NCBI GenBank assembly: GCA_963787835.1
Contig: CAWBEI010000002.1
Span: 608,001-672,000 of the forward strand
Source of the DNA: Ignavibacteriota bacterium
Lineage (GTDB): Bacteria; Bacteroidota; Ignavibacteria; Palsa-1295
Direction of reading: 5' to 3'
DNA: 64,000 nucleotides
Shown: positions 28,177 to 38,800 of the stretch, in pieces
Position numbering within the stretch: the stretch's first letter is position 1
Layout: every line of letters starts with the position of its first letter
Made by a program: the position numbers and the translations under genes
Notes under the pieces: model-generated
What the model was told of the DNA's origin: nothing
Seen by the model: the letters and a program-made list of their open reading frames with translations, nothing else
The model's database searches: none

Positions 28177-30084
28177 TCAGAATCTATACCGAACGGTCGC
28201 CCAGATAGACTGCGGCTTCTCGGGATACCCAGGCCAGAAATCGCTGCCGCCGCCGAGAATATTCTCTAACCGCACTGTTAACGCCACAGCCGCAGAGAGT
28301 TGAGCATCGACGTTTGCATCCAGGAATGTGAACGTCTCGCCAGGCCGTGAGATCACTTGAATAGAAACAGATGGCTGCACCGCATTCCAGATGGAATTGA
28401 AATGATAATCCAGATCGACCGTGGCATTTGGCTCGAACGGAATAGAACGATCTACCGCAATAAATTCAGCCGAACCGGTAATCGCGTCACGGCTGAAAAC
28501 GCTTATATTACCGGCAGCGGTGAAGTCAAAACGTTGTGTACTTTCGGACGCTACCGTGAATACATTGGCGAGATCTTTCGCAGTTGCAACATTGAAAATA
28601 GGTTCACGATCGCGGGTGATGTATCGCGCTTCGAAACGGAGTTCATCATCCGAGGAAAGCATATAATTTAAAAATGCAGCAAAGTTGATCTTATCCATCA
28701 CCACGGAACGCCCATCCACCGGAGCAGCCGTCGATAGACCATTTTGCTTCGATTGAAAAACCAACTGCGGCGAATAAAATGGATCGACCATCGTAAGTGC
28801 CCTAAACGATGCCAATTGCACGTGCGGCTCAAAACTTGCACCGATCGAAGTGAGAGCATTTATTTGCATTTGGCCTCGCAAAACCGGCAGCACCGCAGAA
28901 TAGCTTGATCCATCGACTCCCGTGCCACCCAAATATTCTGCACCTGCATACCAGGATAGATTCCCGTCGTTCGGATCGCCGAACAGCGCCTTCCCAGACT
29001 CGGCATGGATGGGCGTGCTCATCCGACCGAAAAAATTTGCTCCGGTAGTCACATTCGTATCGCAGGAAAGCGTCGCGAGAGAATAATTCCCTTCCGCGAT
29101 GACCCGGTACTTCGAAACGTCGAACCGCGTGCCGAGCTCAACATCCTGAGACGATTCGGTTGCCCCGCCGGAAAGCCCGTCACTCAACTCATGATCTTCA
29201 AAGCGTGCATCGTAATGGAACGCGCGTGTGACATCGCCCTCGATAGAGGCTAGGCCAGAAAATTGTGCGAGCGCTCGATCGATCGTCGATAGGTTATTGA
29301 TCGCGACGCTTTTTACATCATATCCCGCCTGCACTTTGAGATCCTGGGAGTGGTACGCATCGAGCGCAGGATCCTCGCCAAGCTGCGATTCAAGCGTTGC
29401 GCTAAGATCGCCAAAATTGTGTACGGCGGACCTGGAAGCCTGCAACGATTGATATTCCCCCGACAGATTCATCGAAGACCGTTCCGAGAGCGATGGCGCG
29501 AACCATCCTGCAACGCGTGGCAACGCAACATTCCCGCCTCCTGCTTCCAGATAAGATTCCGACCTCATGGGTGGTTCCAGAGGAATGGGCAGCGGCGATT
29601 GATCGAAGTATGGCAGATTCTCTCGCGTTACCGGATTCATGCGCTCAACGAGAGTGGAATCGAACGAGGTACTACGCAACTCCGTCTCCATCACCAAGCT
29701 CGGCGGATAATTGTAATGCACATGCGACCCTAACCGGGCAAGTTCCGGTATCTCGACCAGTTCCGAATCCAGCCACTCTTTATGCGGCAAAGAAACAGCG
29801 GTATCGACTACTGAAATAGCGGAATCGGCATACTCCCTCGACACGGAATCGTTAAAATGTTCCCGCTCCAGATCGCTGGCATGAAGTGTATCGCGATAAA
29901 CAAGTGCGCGGTTCTTTTGCGCCCGCCGTAACTCCGCAGCCATGGAGGGCGGAAGTGGGCGGTTCGTATGAAATACCGCCGTCGAAGAATCCTTTGCAAC
30001 AAGCGAGACCGATTGCCCGAAAGCATTGGACATGCCTGCAAGCGATGAGATCGAGATCAAAATCACAACGATGCAATATTTCAT
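28177..30084 (-). CDS. Outer-membrane beta-barrel, TonB-dependent-receptor-like, coupled to the TPR gene
   Basis: Signal peptide; C-terminal LENILG...WPGYPEKP.SIWATVRYRF; ATGA overlap with the TPR gene. Confidence 0.72.
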   Translation of the reverse strand: MKYCIVVILISISSLAGMSNAFGQSVSLVAKDSSTAVFHTNRPLPPSMAAELRRAQKNRALVYRDTLHASDLEREHFNDSVSREYADSAISVVDTAVSLPHKEWLDSELVEIPELARLGSHVHYNYPPSLVMETELRSTSFDSTLVERMNPVTRENLPYFDQSPLPIPLEPPMRSESYLEAGGGNVALPRVAGWFAPSLSERSSMNLSGEYQSLQASRSAVHNFGDLSATLESQLGEDPALDAYHSQDLKVQAGYDVKSVAINNLSTIDRALAQFSGLASIEGDVTRAFHYDARFEDHELSDGLSGGATESSQDVELGTRFDVSKYRVIAEGNYSLATLSCDTNVTTGANFFGRMSTPIHAESGKALFGDPNDGNLSWYAGAEYLGGTGVDGSSYSAVLPVLRGQMQINALTSIGASFEPHVQLASFRALTMVDPFYSPQLVFQSKQNGLSTAAPVDGRSVVMDKINFAAFLNYMLSSDDELRFEARYITRDREPIFNVATAKDLANVFTVASESTQRFDFTAAGNISVFSRDAITGSAEFIAVDRSIPFEPNATVDLDYHFNSIWNAVQPSVSIQVISRPGETFTFLDANVDAQLSAAVALTVRLENILGGGSDFWPGYPEKPQSIWATVRYRF

Positions 30085-33000
30085 TCGCCGCCTCCTTTCC
30101 GATGTTTTTTCTTCGCAGGGGGTAAAAGAGAGTCCAGTAAGGTTCGAGCGGCCTCGCGCTCATGCTCCGGAAGCGGCCGGAGATCCAGGAACTCGCGGAG
30201 ATTTCGGATCGCTTCTGCTTTTCGTTCCAGATGAATCTCTGCGCGAACTAATTCAAATAGACTTCGACGGTCCAATTCCGGCGATAGGGTAAAATCTTCT
30301 CTTGCCGTTTTGAAGTCTGTGGCAGCTTTGGTCCAGCTCCCTTGGGCAAAATAGGTTTCGGCAGTGTGAAACGTCGCTTCCCCGCCAAGCGCATCCTGCG
30401 AATGAGCAGCGATCACGTTGGCAAATACATCGCGCGCACTATCGTCTTTTCGCTGTTCGGCAAGCAATTCTCCCGCTCGAATCGCAGCGCGCGCGCAAAT
30501 ACTTGCCTGGATGGGATACCGTTGTGAGAGATCCAAAAGGATATGTATCGCAGAATCGGCTCTTTTCTTTTCAGCAAGCATTTGTCCGTATTCATACATT
30601 GCCTGCGGCGCCGCATCGCTGGAGTAATATCGTTCCTGATAGGCCGATTGAAAATCGGTGGATGCAGCATCGAATTGCTGGCCTGCGCGATGGATCCGCG
30701 CACGGTCGAGATAAGCACCGGATGCGACATCGAGAGTGGCATATCTCGCAATCACGGTATCGAGCTGCGCAACGGATGACGCAGTATCTCCCGCAGCAAG
30801 CTCTGTTTCCGCAATGAATAATTCCGCCTGTGGCCGTTCCGGACGAGCGGGATACTCCGCAATAAAAGACCTGAATGTTTTTAAAGCCAATTCCGGATCA
30901 TGCAGCTTCATCTGCAACACCCCAGCGCGGAACCGAACGACCGTATCGATCGGGTTCTTGGGATCCCGAGCCACGAATGAATCTGCTACGGCAAGCGCCT
31001 GAGGAATTTGTTTGAGATCGACGAGTGCATCCTGCAAAGCATAGAGCGCCGGGCCGGCCTCGTTCGACCGAGGATACGCATGCACCACCTGCTCATAGTA
31101 GTGAAGAGAACCCTGCTCATCCCCTCGACGAACGCGCTCCTCTCCGGCGACGTAAAGCGCGCGCGGCGCGACTGGTGAATGCGGATATTTGCTGACGATC
31201 TTATCGACCATCCCTTCCGCAGACTCATTGAGATTAATGGAATAGGCTGAGAGCGCATAATCGAAACTTGCGAGATCGACAATGTCACTCTCGGGATATT
31301 TCTTCATCAGGTACTCGAAGGCGTTCATCGCGCTGCGCTCGGAATCGATCTTCATGCGCGTGACGCCCAGCATGAGCGTGGCGCGCGTCGTACGGATCGG
31401 ATTAAATCCCGGGCGATCCGTGGCCTGATTATACAGCTTATTAGCCGCTTTCAGATCGCCCATTGCGTAGAAGGCATCACCGGCATGATCGAGCGCATCG
31501 TACGCATAGCGGCTGATGGTGTCAGTGACGAGTACGTGCTGGAATTCCTGTTCCGCACGCGCGAAATCGTTCGCGGAAAAAAGGCTCCATGCGTAAGAAT
31601 ACTCGGCATCTTCCTTGCGGTCACTTTCAGGATATTCCGAAAGCAGGCGTGAAAAGGTTACGGCTGCAGAATCGAATTCACCGGCTCGAAAGTAGGCGCG
31701 GCCCTGCCAGAAGAGTGCTTCGTCTGTGCGGCCAGGAATATGCTCGTGCGACTGATCGAGATACGTCGCAAGTTCGTCCGCAGCATCGTTCCAATTGTTG
31801 ATCGGGATAAGCGAAAGCCCGCGTTCCAAATGGGCTGTTGCCCGAGTGGCCGTGTCATGCAAGGGAAGATTTGCAAACGAATTCAGAAAATATTCTTCAG
31901 CGCGCTCGTAATCGTTCCGGCGGTAAGCAAGCTCGCCCAGCATGAAGGAGGCATACCCGCCACGAACACTCCGTTCGGTGCTGACGGGCTGCAAGAGCTT
32001 GCTGGCCTCGTAACTATGCTCCATGAACCGGATGAGCGCTAGCTGATACACCGCCTTATCGCTATAGAGCATCGAGCGGTCGAGCGTAAGCTTTTGGAGC
32101 GCATCCGCAGCTTCATCGAACATACCGGCCCGCGCTAAGGCAACGCCTGCATAGTAACGGGCACGTTCTGGGAAGTCATTATAGACGAAGAACGATGTAT
32201 CGACCGTGTTCTTTGAAAGCACCGACCGATCGATCAATGGAGCGCGATCGTTCGAAGATGCTTCCGACGTAAGCGAGTCATTCAGGAATGGATCGAAATA
32301 AATTCCCTGCTCTCGCAACGGGAGTGTCGATTCATGGAGAATGGGATAATGGCGGCGTCCGGTATCCGACACGGCAAGTTCGAGAAATGCCGCAGAGGCA
32401 TCCTGATATTTCCCTTGTTGAAATAAGGACCATCCCTTCTCAAATCGCAGCGCATCGGAGACGAACCGCGCCTGCTCCAAAAACGGCGGCCCTTTGAGGG
32501 AATCATTCGCATTGTCGATAAGCTCCTCGCCTTTCGATAAGGCTTCGGTAGCTTGCTCATACTGGCCGAGTTCGCTTAATGCACTGCCGCGCAATAGTTC
32601 GACCTCACTTAAATAGAACGGAGAGATTAGTTGCTTCGGAATTTCAGGATCAGAACCCGTTCTGGGCGCGCCAGACTTCATCCATGCAACAAGCTGTGAA
32701 CTATATTGAAGATCGCGGGCAGAAGTGCGGATTAAATGCAGCGTAATCGGAAAAAGCGAGTCCGCTTTATCCATCGTGGAAAGAACCCCGGTAAAATTCT
32801 TCTCCGCCCGTTGCACGGCTCCGAGCCGAAGCAGCGATAGTAACCGCAGCGGACTTTCCGCAATCCTGGAGGTTATTGCAAAATTAGAATCTGCTTCCGC
32901 GTGGCGTTGTTCGCGCTCGAAAAGTTCACCCATACGAAAATGGGTCAAAGCAGAAAGGCGCATATCCTCACATCTGGCAACCGTCGCACGATATTCCGTT

Positions 33001-33620
33001 TCTGCTTTGCTAAATTCATCCAGCGAGCGGTATCCCTCCGCCTTCCAAAAATGTATTTCAGACTGGAATGGAGTTCGTGCAAGGCTCGTGGTATCTATTT
33101 CATTCAATCGCGCGAGGCCGGACTCAACATCGTTCCTTCGAAGCGGCGTATGGGCATAGAACTCCAGCTCGCCCAGCAGAGCCGCATTCGCTTCCATTGG
33201 GCTGAATGCTGAAGCGCGCGTCTCGATCCGATCAACTTGCGACTCTGCGTGAAATCCCTGATCCCGATCGTATGCCGCGAGCGAGCGAAACAGATCGAGC
33301 GAGAGCAACGGATCGTCAAGGCTACGGTCATCGCCATCGAGCGATTGCATACGCGCCAGCTCCGCCGCACTCTGACTTTCTAAACCATAGGTGCGAAATT
33401 TGTCGAGTGCACTCGTTGTGGTCTCTTCGAATGTTGGCTGGAATACCGCAGAGCGCTCATCGAACGATGAGAGTGGTAGCAATTGGCTACGCGCTGAACG
33501 CGAAAAAAACAAGAGAGCAAGAATGCCCGCCACGAAAAGGCGGGCGGTAAATATGCGAGAGATCAAACGAGCGTGGCCGATGCGGTAAATGATATTGACG
33601 AAACAACCGAAGTAAGGCAA
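30081..33620 (-). CDS. Large periplasmic TPR-repeat protein
   Basis: Many TPR helical pairs (ALFWQGRAYF, EYPES...AEYSYAW, YP.S..AP.ALY); signal-like N-terminus; start uncertain. Confidence 0.88.
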   Translation of the reverse strand: MPYFGCFVNIIYRIGHARLISRIFTARLFVAGILALLFFSRSARSQLLPLSSFDERSAVFQPTFEETTTSALDKFRTYGLESQSAAELARMQSLDGDDRSLDDPLLSLDLFRSLAAYDRDQGFHAESQVDRIETRASAFSPMEANAALLGELEFYAHTPLRRNDVESGLARLNEIDTTSLARTPFQSEIHFWKAEGYRSLDEFSKAETEYRATVARCEDMRLSALTHFRMGELFEREQRHAEADSNFAITSRIAESPLRLLSLLRLGAVQRAEKNFTGVLSTMDKADSLFPITLHLIRTSARDLQYSSQLVAWMKSGAPRTGSDPEIPKQLISPFYLSEVELLRGSALSELGQYEQATEALSKGEELIDNANDSLKGPPFLEQARFVSDALRFEKGWSLFQQGKYQDASAAFLELAVSDTGRRHYPILHESTLPLREQGIYFDPFLNDSLTSEASSNDRAPLIDRSVLSKNTVDTSFFVYNDFPERARYYAGVALARAGMFDEAADALQKLTLDRSMLYSDKAVYQLALIRFMEHSYEASKLLQPVSTERSVRGGYASFMLGELAYRRNDYERAEEYFLNSFANLPLHDTATRATAHLERGLSLIPINNWNDAADELATYLDQSHEHIPGRTDEALFWQGRAYFRAGEFDSAAVTFSRLLSEYPESDRKEDAEYSYAWSLFSANDFARAEQEFQHVLVTDTISRYAYDALDHAGDAFYAMGDLKAANKLYNQATDRPGFNPIRTTRATLMLGVTRMKIDSERSAMNAFEYLMKKYPESDIVDLASFDYALSAYSINLNESAEGMVDKIVSKYPHSPVAPRALYVAGEERVRRGDEQGSLHYYEQVVHAYPRSNEAGPALYALQDALVDLKQIPQALAVADSFVARDPKNPIDTVVRFRAGVLQMKLHDPELALKTFRSFIAEYPARPERPQAELFIAETELAAGDTASSVAQLDTVIARYATLDVASGAYLDRARIHRAGQQFDAASTDFQSAYQERYYSSDAAPQAMYEYGQMLAEKKRADSAIHILLDLSQRYPIQASICARAAIRAGELLAEQRKDDSARDVFANVIAAHSQDALGGEATFHTAETYFAQGSWTKAATDFKTAREDFTLSPELDRRSLFELVRAEIHLERKAEAIRNLREFLDLRPLPEHEREAARTLLDSLLPPAKKKHRKGGGE

Positions 33621-33652
33621 AAATCAGTTCGAATATTTGGCTGTAAATTTGG

Positions 33653-33787
33653 CATGTCATCCTGAGCGGAGCAAGACGAAGCGATAGCGGAGTCTTGCGA
33701 ATTCGAAGGATCTATTGTAACTTTCTGAGATCCTTCGACTCCGTTCGACCCTCCTTCGTCGGGTCGAACTCCGCTCAGGATGACATG
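33653..33787. repeat. Cloverleaf palindromic element TGTCATCCTGAGCG...CGCTCAGGATGACA (family B, copy 1)
   Basis: 19-bp terminal IR plus three internal hairpins (GCAAGAC/GTCTTGC, TCGAAGGATCT/AGATCCTTCGA, GTTCGACCC/GGGTCGAAC). Confidence 0.85.
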
Positions 33788-33797
33788 ATTATGATCG

Positions 33798-34334
33798 CTA
33801 AAGAAAATGAAGTATCTCTTCCAGCCGGTGAATAATTTTCGTCGCCTTCGGGATCTCTTCGGAATGTGGGTTGACAAGATACGCCGTCTTCGTGCAGGCG
33901 CGAGTGCCGGCTTCGATGTCGGAGATGGAATCGCCGATCATCCAACTGTTCGCAAGATCAATATTCCATTTCTCGGCAGCTTCCAGCAGCATTGCGGGCG
34001 AGGGCTTACGGCGTGGCGAAGATTTATCGGCATCCGTGCAATAGAAAATATCATCGAAACGAACACCCGCCTCGCGCTCCATTTCGCGCTGAAGCTCCTC
34101 GTGAACTCGGTTGAGGTCGGCTTCCGACATCAGTCCCATTCCCACCCCACGCTGATTCGTAATGATGATCGCCAGATACCCACGCTGCTTTATGGAACGC
34201 AGCGTTTCGATGACGCCCGGCGAAAGCTCGAATTCATTCCAATGCCGCACATAGCCGCCCAAAATGCGCGCATTGATGACGCCATCGCGATCGAAAAAAA
34301 TGGCTCGGGGTTGGGGTGGGGATGCATTCATCAC
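33798..34334 (-). CDS. gmhB: D-glycero-D-manno-heptose 1,7-bisphosphate phosphatase (HAD IIIA)
   Basis: FFDRDGVIN, ITNQRGV, RKPSPAML, SWMIGDSISDIEAG. Confidence 0.9.
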   Translation of the reverse strand: MMNASPPQPRAIFFDRDGVINARILGGYVRHWNEFELSPGVIETLRSIKQRGYLAIIITNQRGVGMGLMSEADLNRVHEELQREMEREAGVRFDDIFYCTDADKSSPRRKPSPAMLLEAAEKWNIDLANSWMIGDSISDIEAGTRACTKTAYLVNPHSEEIPKATKIIHRLEEILHFL

Positions 34335-34499
34335 GGCATCTCAAACAGGCTGTGTCCTGTTATTGTGTCATAAAACAATGTTTCGAACAGATCAACGAAA
34401 ACATAGGCAATTATTATTGACCTGTAACCTTCGGGATCTACGACCGTCATGTCTTGCATATTCTTTTCACTCCGCGGCAATATCTTTATCCAGTGTTTT

Positions 34500-35186
34500 A
34501 TGAAATATTTTCTTTTTTCTTCATCCGTTTTGAGTTTGATGACTTTTTCTGCCCTCAGTGGTGATGCGCAGCAAAAGTACATCGGCGCGAGAATCGGGGC
34601 AAATCTCGGGAATGAATCACCGTTTTTCTCGGGACCTTTTCAGGGGATAAACACTGGGTTTATTGCTGGAGGACAATTCGATTATTGGTTCGATAATAGA
34701 TGGTCAGTGAGCGCCCAAGTGTTGTTTGACCAAAAGGGGTCCAAAAGGTCTTCCGGCGAATCAGGCACAGACTTTTCCGAATCTGGCACAACTGAATTCA
34801 TTTTGAACTATCTGGAAATTCCAATTTTCTATAAAGTCGCTTTAGTAACTGGGAACATTAGGCCGTATGTCTTCGCAGGGCCAAGTATTGGATTCTTCTT
34901 GTCTGGAAGCCAGAAGATCAATAGTAGATATTTAGTTAACACGCATTCCACTACTATCGATACTACGATGACCTTTAACGACTCGATCGCCAGATATCCC
35001 GACATCTCCGCGGTGCTCGGCGCAGGCATTTCCATCAATTTAAGGACTGGCCAACTATTGTTTCTCGATGCAGCGTATGCTCTGGGTTTAGTAAATATCT
35101 GGAATAATCCTAAGAGCAGCAGTCCTGTTTCTTTAAATTCCCGCGACATTCGTCTCACCGCCGGCATTCTGTTCCCAATGAATTAA
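34500..35186 (+). CDS. PorT-family outer-membrane beta-barrel protein
   Basis: IGARIGANL, GFIAGG, FDQKG, LNYLEIPI, PYVFAGPSIGFFL, terminal GILFPM. Confidence 0.85.
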   Translation: MKYFLFSSSVLSLMTFSALSGDAQQKYIGARIGANLGNESPFFSGPFQGINTGFIAGGQFDYWFDNRWSVSAQVLFDQKGSKRSSGESGTDFSESGTTEFILNYLEIPIFYKVALVTGNIRPYVFAGPSIGFFLSGSQKINSRYLVNTHSTTIDTTMTFNDSIARYPDISAVLGAGISINLRTGQLLFLDAAYALGLVNIWNNPKSSSPVSLNSRDIRLTAGILFPMN

Positions 35187-35202
35187 ACACCGCGAATTTT
35201 CC

Positions 35203-35858
35203 GTCCCGAAGGGATGCAAGGAAATTGCCGGGGACGTAAGTCCCCGGTTGTAAACGACCGAGAAATTAAAGTCCCGAAGGGACGAAACAACACTGCTACC
35301 GCCGTTCAAAAAATCGCATATCACACTCGATCCCACATGCCTTGAAGATTTCGAGCATCTCTTCTTCAAATGAAAGTTTACGATGGTGCTCCTCCTGATT
35401 CCGAATGTATCCCTCTACCGGCATGAGCGCCGAAGGACTTACCGTAAACGCTCCATATCCATCCTGCCAATGAAAATTTGGAGATAGTTCACTGCGCAGC
35501 CACTTCGAGGAATTTGTTTTGATGGCTTGCACCGTATCTCGAATGGAATCTTCTCTGCCAAGCGAGCAAAGCAAGTGAACATGATCTTCCACACCACCAG
35601 CGACGAGAAGTTTGCATTCGCGTTCCCGAAGGATGCCGCCCATGTAAGCATAGAGCCGGTCTTTCCATTCGGGCCGAATAAGCAGCGCGCGGTGTTTGGT
35701 GCTCCAAACCAAATGATAATAAAGGGCGGCGTAAGAAGAGGGCATAGTTAGGTGATTAAATGAGTGTGGGCTTTCGTCCCTTCGGGACTTGGGGACAAAG
35801 ATACGAACATTGTCCGGGGACTTACGTCCCCGGCTATTTCCTTGCGTCCCTTCGGGAC
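35203..35858. mobile_element. Y1 transposase cassette flanked by ~85-bp structured inverted repeats (RAYT/REP-like)
   Basis: Left 35203-35287 and right 35772-35858 are inverted copies of GTCCCGAAGGGAY-GCAAGGAAAT-WGCCGGGGACGTAAGTCCCCGG-variable-GTCCCGAAGGGACGAAA. Confidence 0.8.
35296..35745 (-). CDS. tnpA: IS200/IS605-superfamily Y1 (HUH) transposase
   Basis: YHLVWSTKHR, HUH motif DHVHLL, KTNSSKW, WQDGYGAFTVS, catalytic YIRNQEEHH; no tnpB. Confidence 0.94.
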   Translation of the reverse strand: MPSSYAALYYHLVWSTKHRALLIRPEWKDRLYAYMGGILRERECKLLVAGGVEDHVHLLCSLGREDSIRDTVQAIKTNSSKWLRSELSPNFHWQDGYGAFTVSPSALMPVEGYIRNQEEHHRKLSFEEEMLEIFKACGIECDMRFFERR

Positions 35859-38800
35859 TATTTCTGTTCCAGCGATTCGAAATATTTGCGGATGAGCGCG
35901 TTGTAGTCTGGGGTGAAGCCGTTCTCTTTTGCGTTGAGGATCTCTTCCTGCAGTTCTTTTTGTGCTTGCGGGGATTTTACGTCAAGGTCGCGCGGCGATG
36001 CGCGGACGACATTCTCACCCGGTTTCGATTCGCGCTCCTGATCCTTATCGCGCTCGTGGACGGAATGCTCGGCTTGCAATAATCGCGATAATATTCGTTC
36101 CTGCCTCTGGATGGTCTCCGGTTTCACGCCATTGGACTTCATATCGCCAATAGACTCCTGCATTTCATCGGCGATCTTGCGAAGTTCATCGGCAGATTGA
36201 TGAATACCGGTCTGCGCCTTGCTTTGCTCATCGGCCATTTGATCGATGGTTTTTTTCGCGGCCTGTTGCTGCGCGGCAAGCCTGCTCAGCTCTGCTTGCT
36301 GCCGCTGCATTTCTTTTTCCGCAGACTGTCCGCCGCCGCCCTTGCCGTTCATCATGGATTGCATTTGATTGTTCATCTCCTGCTGCTGCCCGGCCAGTTT
36401 GTTGATCTGGTCGATAAATTGCTGCATAGCGCCCTGTCCCTGGCCGCCACCGGAACCCGGCTGGTCGCCTTCCTGACCTTCGGAACCGGAACCATCCTCA
36501 CCATCCTGCCCCTCGTCACCGGAACCGTTGGAACCCGATTGACCCTGCTGGCCGAGCTTACCCGCCGCCTTTTGGAATGCGTTCGATGCCTGGTTCAGGG
36601 CCGTCATGGCTTGCTGTGCGCTTTGTGCGGAACTTTGCTGATTGCGGCTCGTCATGGCGTCCTCCGCCTGCTGCATCTCGGCGAATGCCTCGCCCATCTC
36701 CTTGCCCATTTCGGGCGTGACCTCGGTGGATTTTTGCGCGAGCTGCATGGCTTGCGAAGCAGTCTGACCGAGTTCATCTTTTTTCTCGGACTGCTGCTCT
36801 GCAAGATCTCGGAACACATTCGAATTCGGCTGCGCCTCTTTGGACTCGTTCTTTAATTGCTCTTCCGCCTGCGATAGCCTGTTGAGATCCCCCTCGATCT
36901 GCTTCATCTCGCGGATCGTCGCCTGCCGCTGCGTTTCGGACATCTTTCGTTTTAGTTCCGCAAGCTTTTGTCTGGCATTCCTCATTTTTTTGGATGCCGA
37001 TTGGGAATGCTGCGCGCCTTGCTGCATTTGGCCTTGCTGCATATCCTGCTGGGCATCCTCCATATCCTGATCGGTCGAGGGATCGCTCAGCGCTTCGGCG
37101 GCTTCCTTCGTTTCTTCCGGCGCCTGCATACTCTGAGGAAGTTTCTTCATCGCGTCCATGACGGCCTTCATCTCTTCGCGCATACGATCAAGCTCTTTCT
37201 GGGCATCGGCTTGCTTGCGAGCCTCGGCTGCTTTTTCTTCCGGCGTCATTTGCTTGCCTTGATCGAGTTTCTGATGTGCATCGTCTGCGGCTTTTTGCTC
37301 CTGATTCGCTAACTCGCTGGAGGCTTTCATCAACTCATCGACTTTTTGCTCTGCCTGGATCTTTTTCAGAATATTCGCGGTGCGCTCGATGGATTTTCGG
37401 AACTGGTCCTCGTTCTGCTTCATGTTCTGCATCGCCTGCTCGAGCTTTTTCGGGTCGATGTTCTTCTGCATGGCCTGCTGAAGCGCATCCATCGCTTTCT
37501 TTAGCTCCGGGGAATCGATCTGCTTGAACAGATCCTGCAGTTCCTGATATTTCTTCATCGTTTCCGGCGAAAGCGCGTTCTGCTGCTCCATGGATTGCGT
37601 CATCTCCTGCAGATCCTTCGCAACCTGATCGATACGATCATTCAGCTTATTTTGCCGGTCGAGCATTTGCTGCATGTCCTTCTGTTTAGAGAAGTCCTGC
37701 TCTTGTTTAGCAAGATCGCCGGCCTTCATCTGCTTCATTTCATCGAGCGCCGCATCGACTTTTTTCTGAAGCTCTTCGGCATCCTGCTTGATCTCGTTCA
37801 TATCGCGCTGGGCTTTATTGGCTTCATCGTCCGCGCGTTTGAATATTTCCGCGACCGAGGGAACCCGAACCGTGTATTCCGGCGTGCGTGCCGATTTCGG
37901 GCCGGTGACCGCATCGTTATCCGTCACTTCCATCACGTAGGATACTTCATCTTCCGGTCCGATCGAAAGCGGCGTAAGGTTCCAGATATACGGCACGTCT
38001 AATTCCTGCGTGTTGTAATTGGAAAGCGGTACGGTAAGCCAGGTGTAGCTCGTATCGGTAGGCAGATATTTCGATTTCGAAATCCGATAGCCAAGCCGCA
38101 CGCCTCGAAAGCCAAAATCATCGCGAATGCGGGCAAGCATATCGAGGCGTTCGTTATCCGGAAGATCGGCGCGTGCCGACGATGGCTCAACGAGAATGAT
38201 TTCCGGCGGCTGATCCTTCGAGATCGTGACGGTATATTCGATTGGGTGTTCGCTTGCTACTGAATCGCGGTCGAGCAGCTCGACGTGGTAACTTCCCGAT
38301 TGGAGAAATGTTACGCTACCCGTTGCAATGGAATCCTGGATCGAAAGTGAAAAAGTTCTTGAGTTTGTAGTCGAAACGTGTCCAGTGGAATCGACGGTAT
38401 TGAAAACAACTTCAGCATTTACCAGCGCCTTCGAAGCAACAATTCGGAATACCCCCCGTGTACCCGTCACGCCGGCAATATCGCCAATGTTTTCGGTGAG
38501 TGCTGTTGGCTTCAGCCGCGTATAGGGCGGCGGATCGACTTCCACATTCAGCGAGCGAATAATGGGGTGATCGAGCACCGAAATTTGGTAATGATCGGAT
38601 TCAATATCGCGAGCCTCGACAAAATATTCGATCGGATGCTGTGCATGGATCGTATAGGTAAACCCAGATTTTGATCCGAGCGCGACCACGTGAGCAGAAT
38701 CGAATGGGGCAGCGTTTATCACGATCGCATCGAAATCCTTCTGTCCTTCCTCGCGAGTATGCAAGTGAATTTGTTTAAGCTGCTCACCGCGCGTAGCGAT

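Noticed and set aside
34331-34582. 83-aa minus-strand ORF whose stop overlaps the gmhB start
   Set aside because: Overlaps the PorT-family gene head-to-head and has no motif
36200-37830. Low-complexity CTG/TTG-rich stretch
   Set aside because: Explained by the Gln/Met/Lys-rich coiled coil typical of DUF4175 proteins
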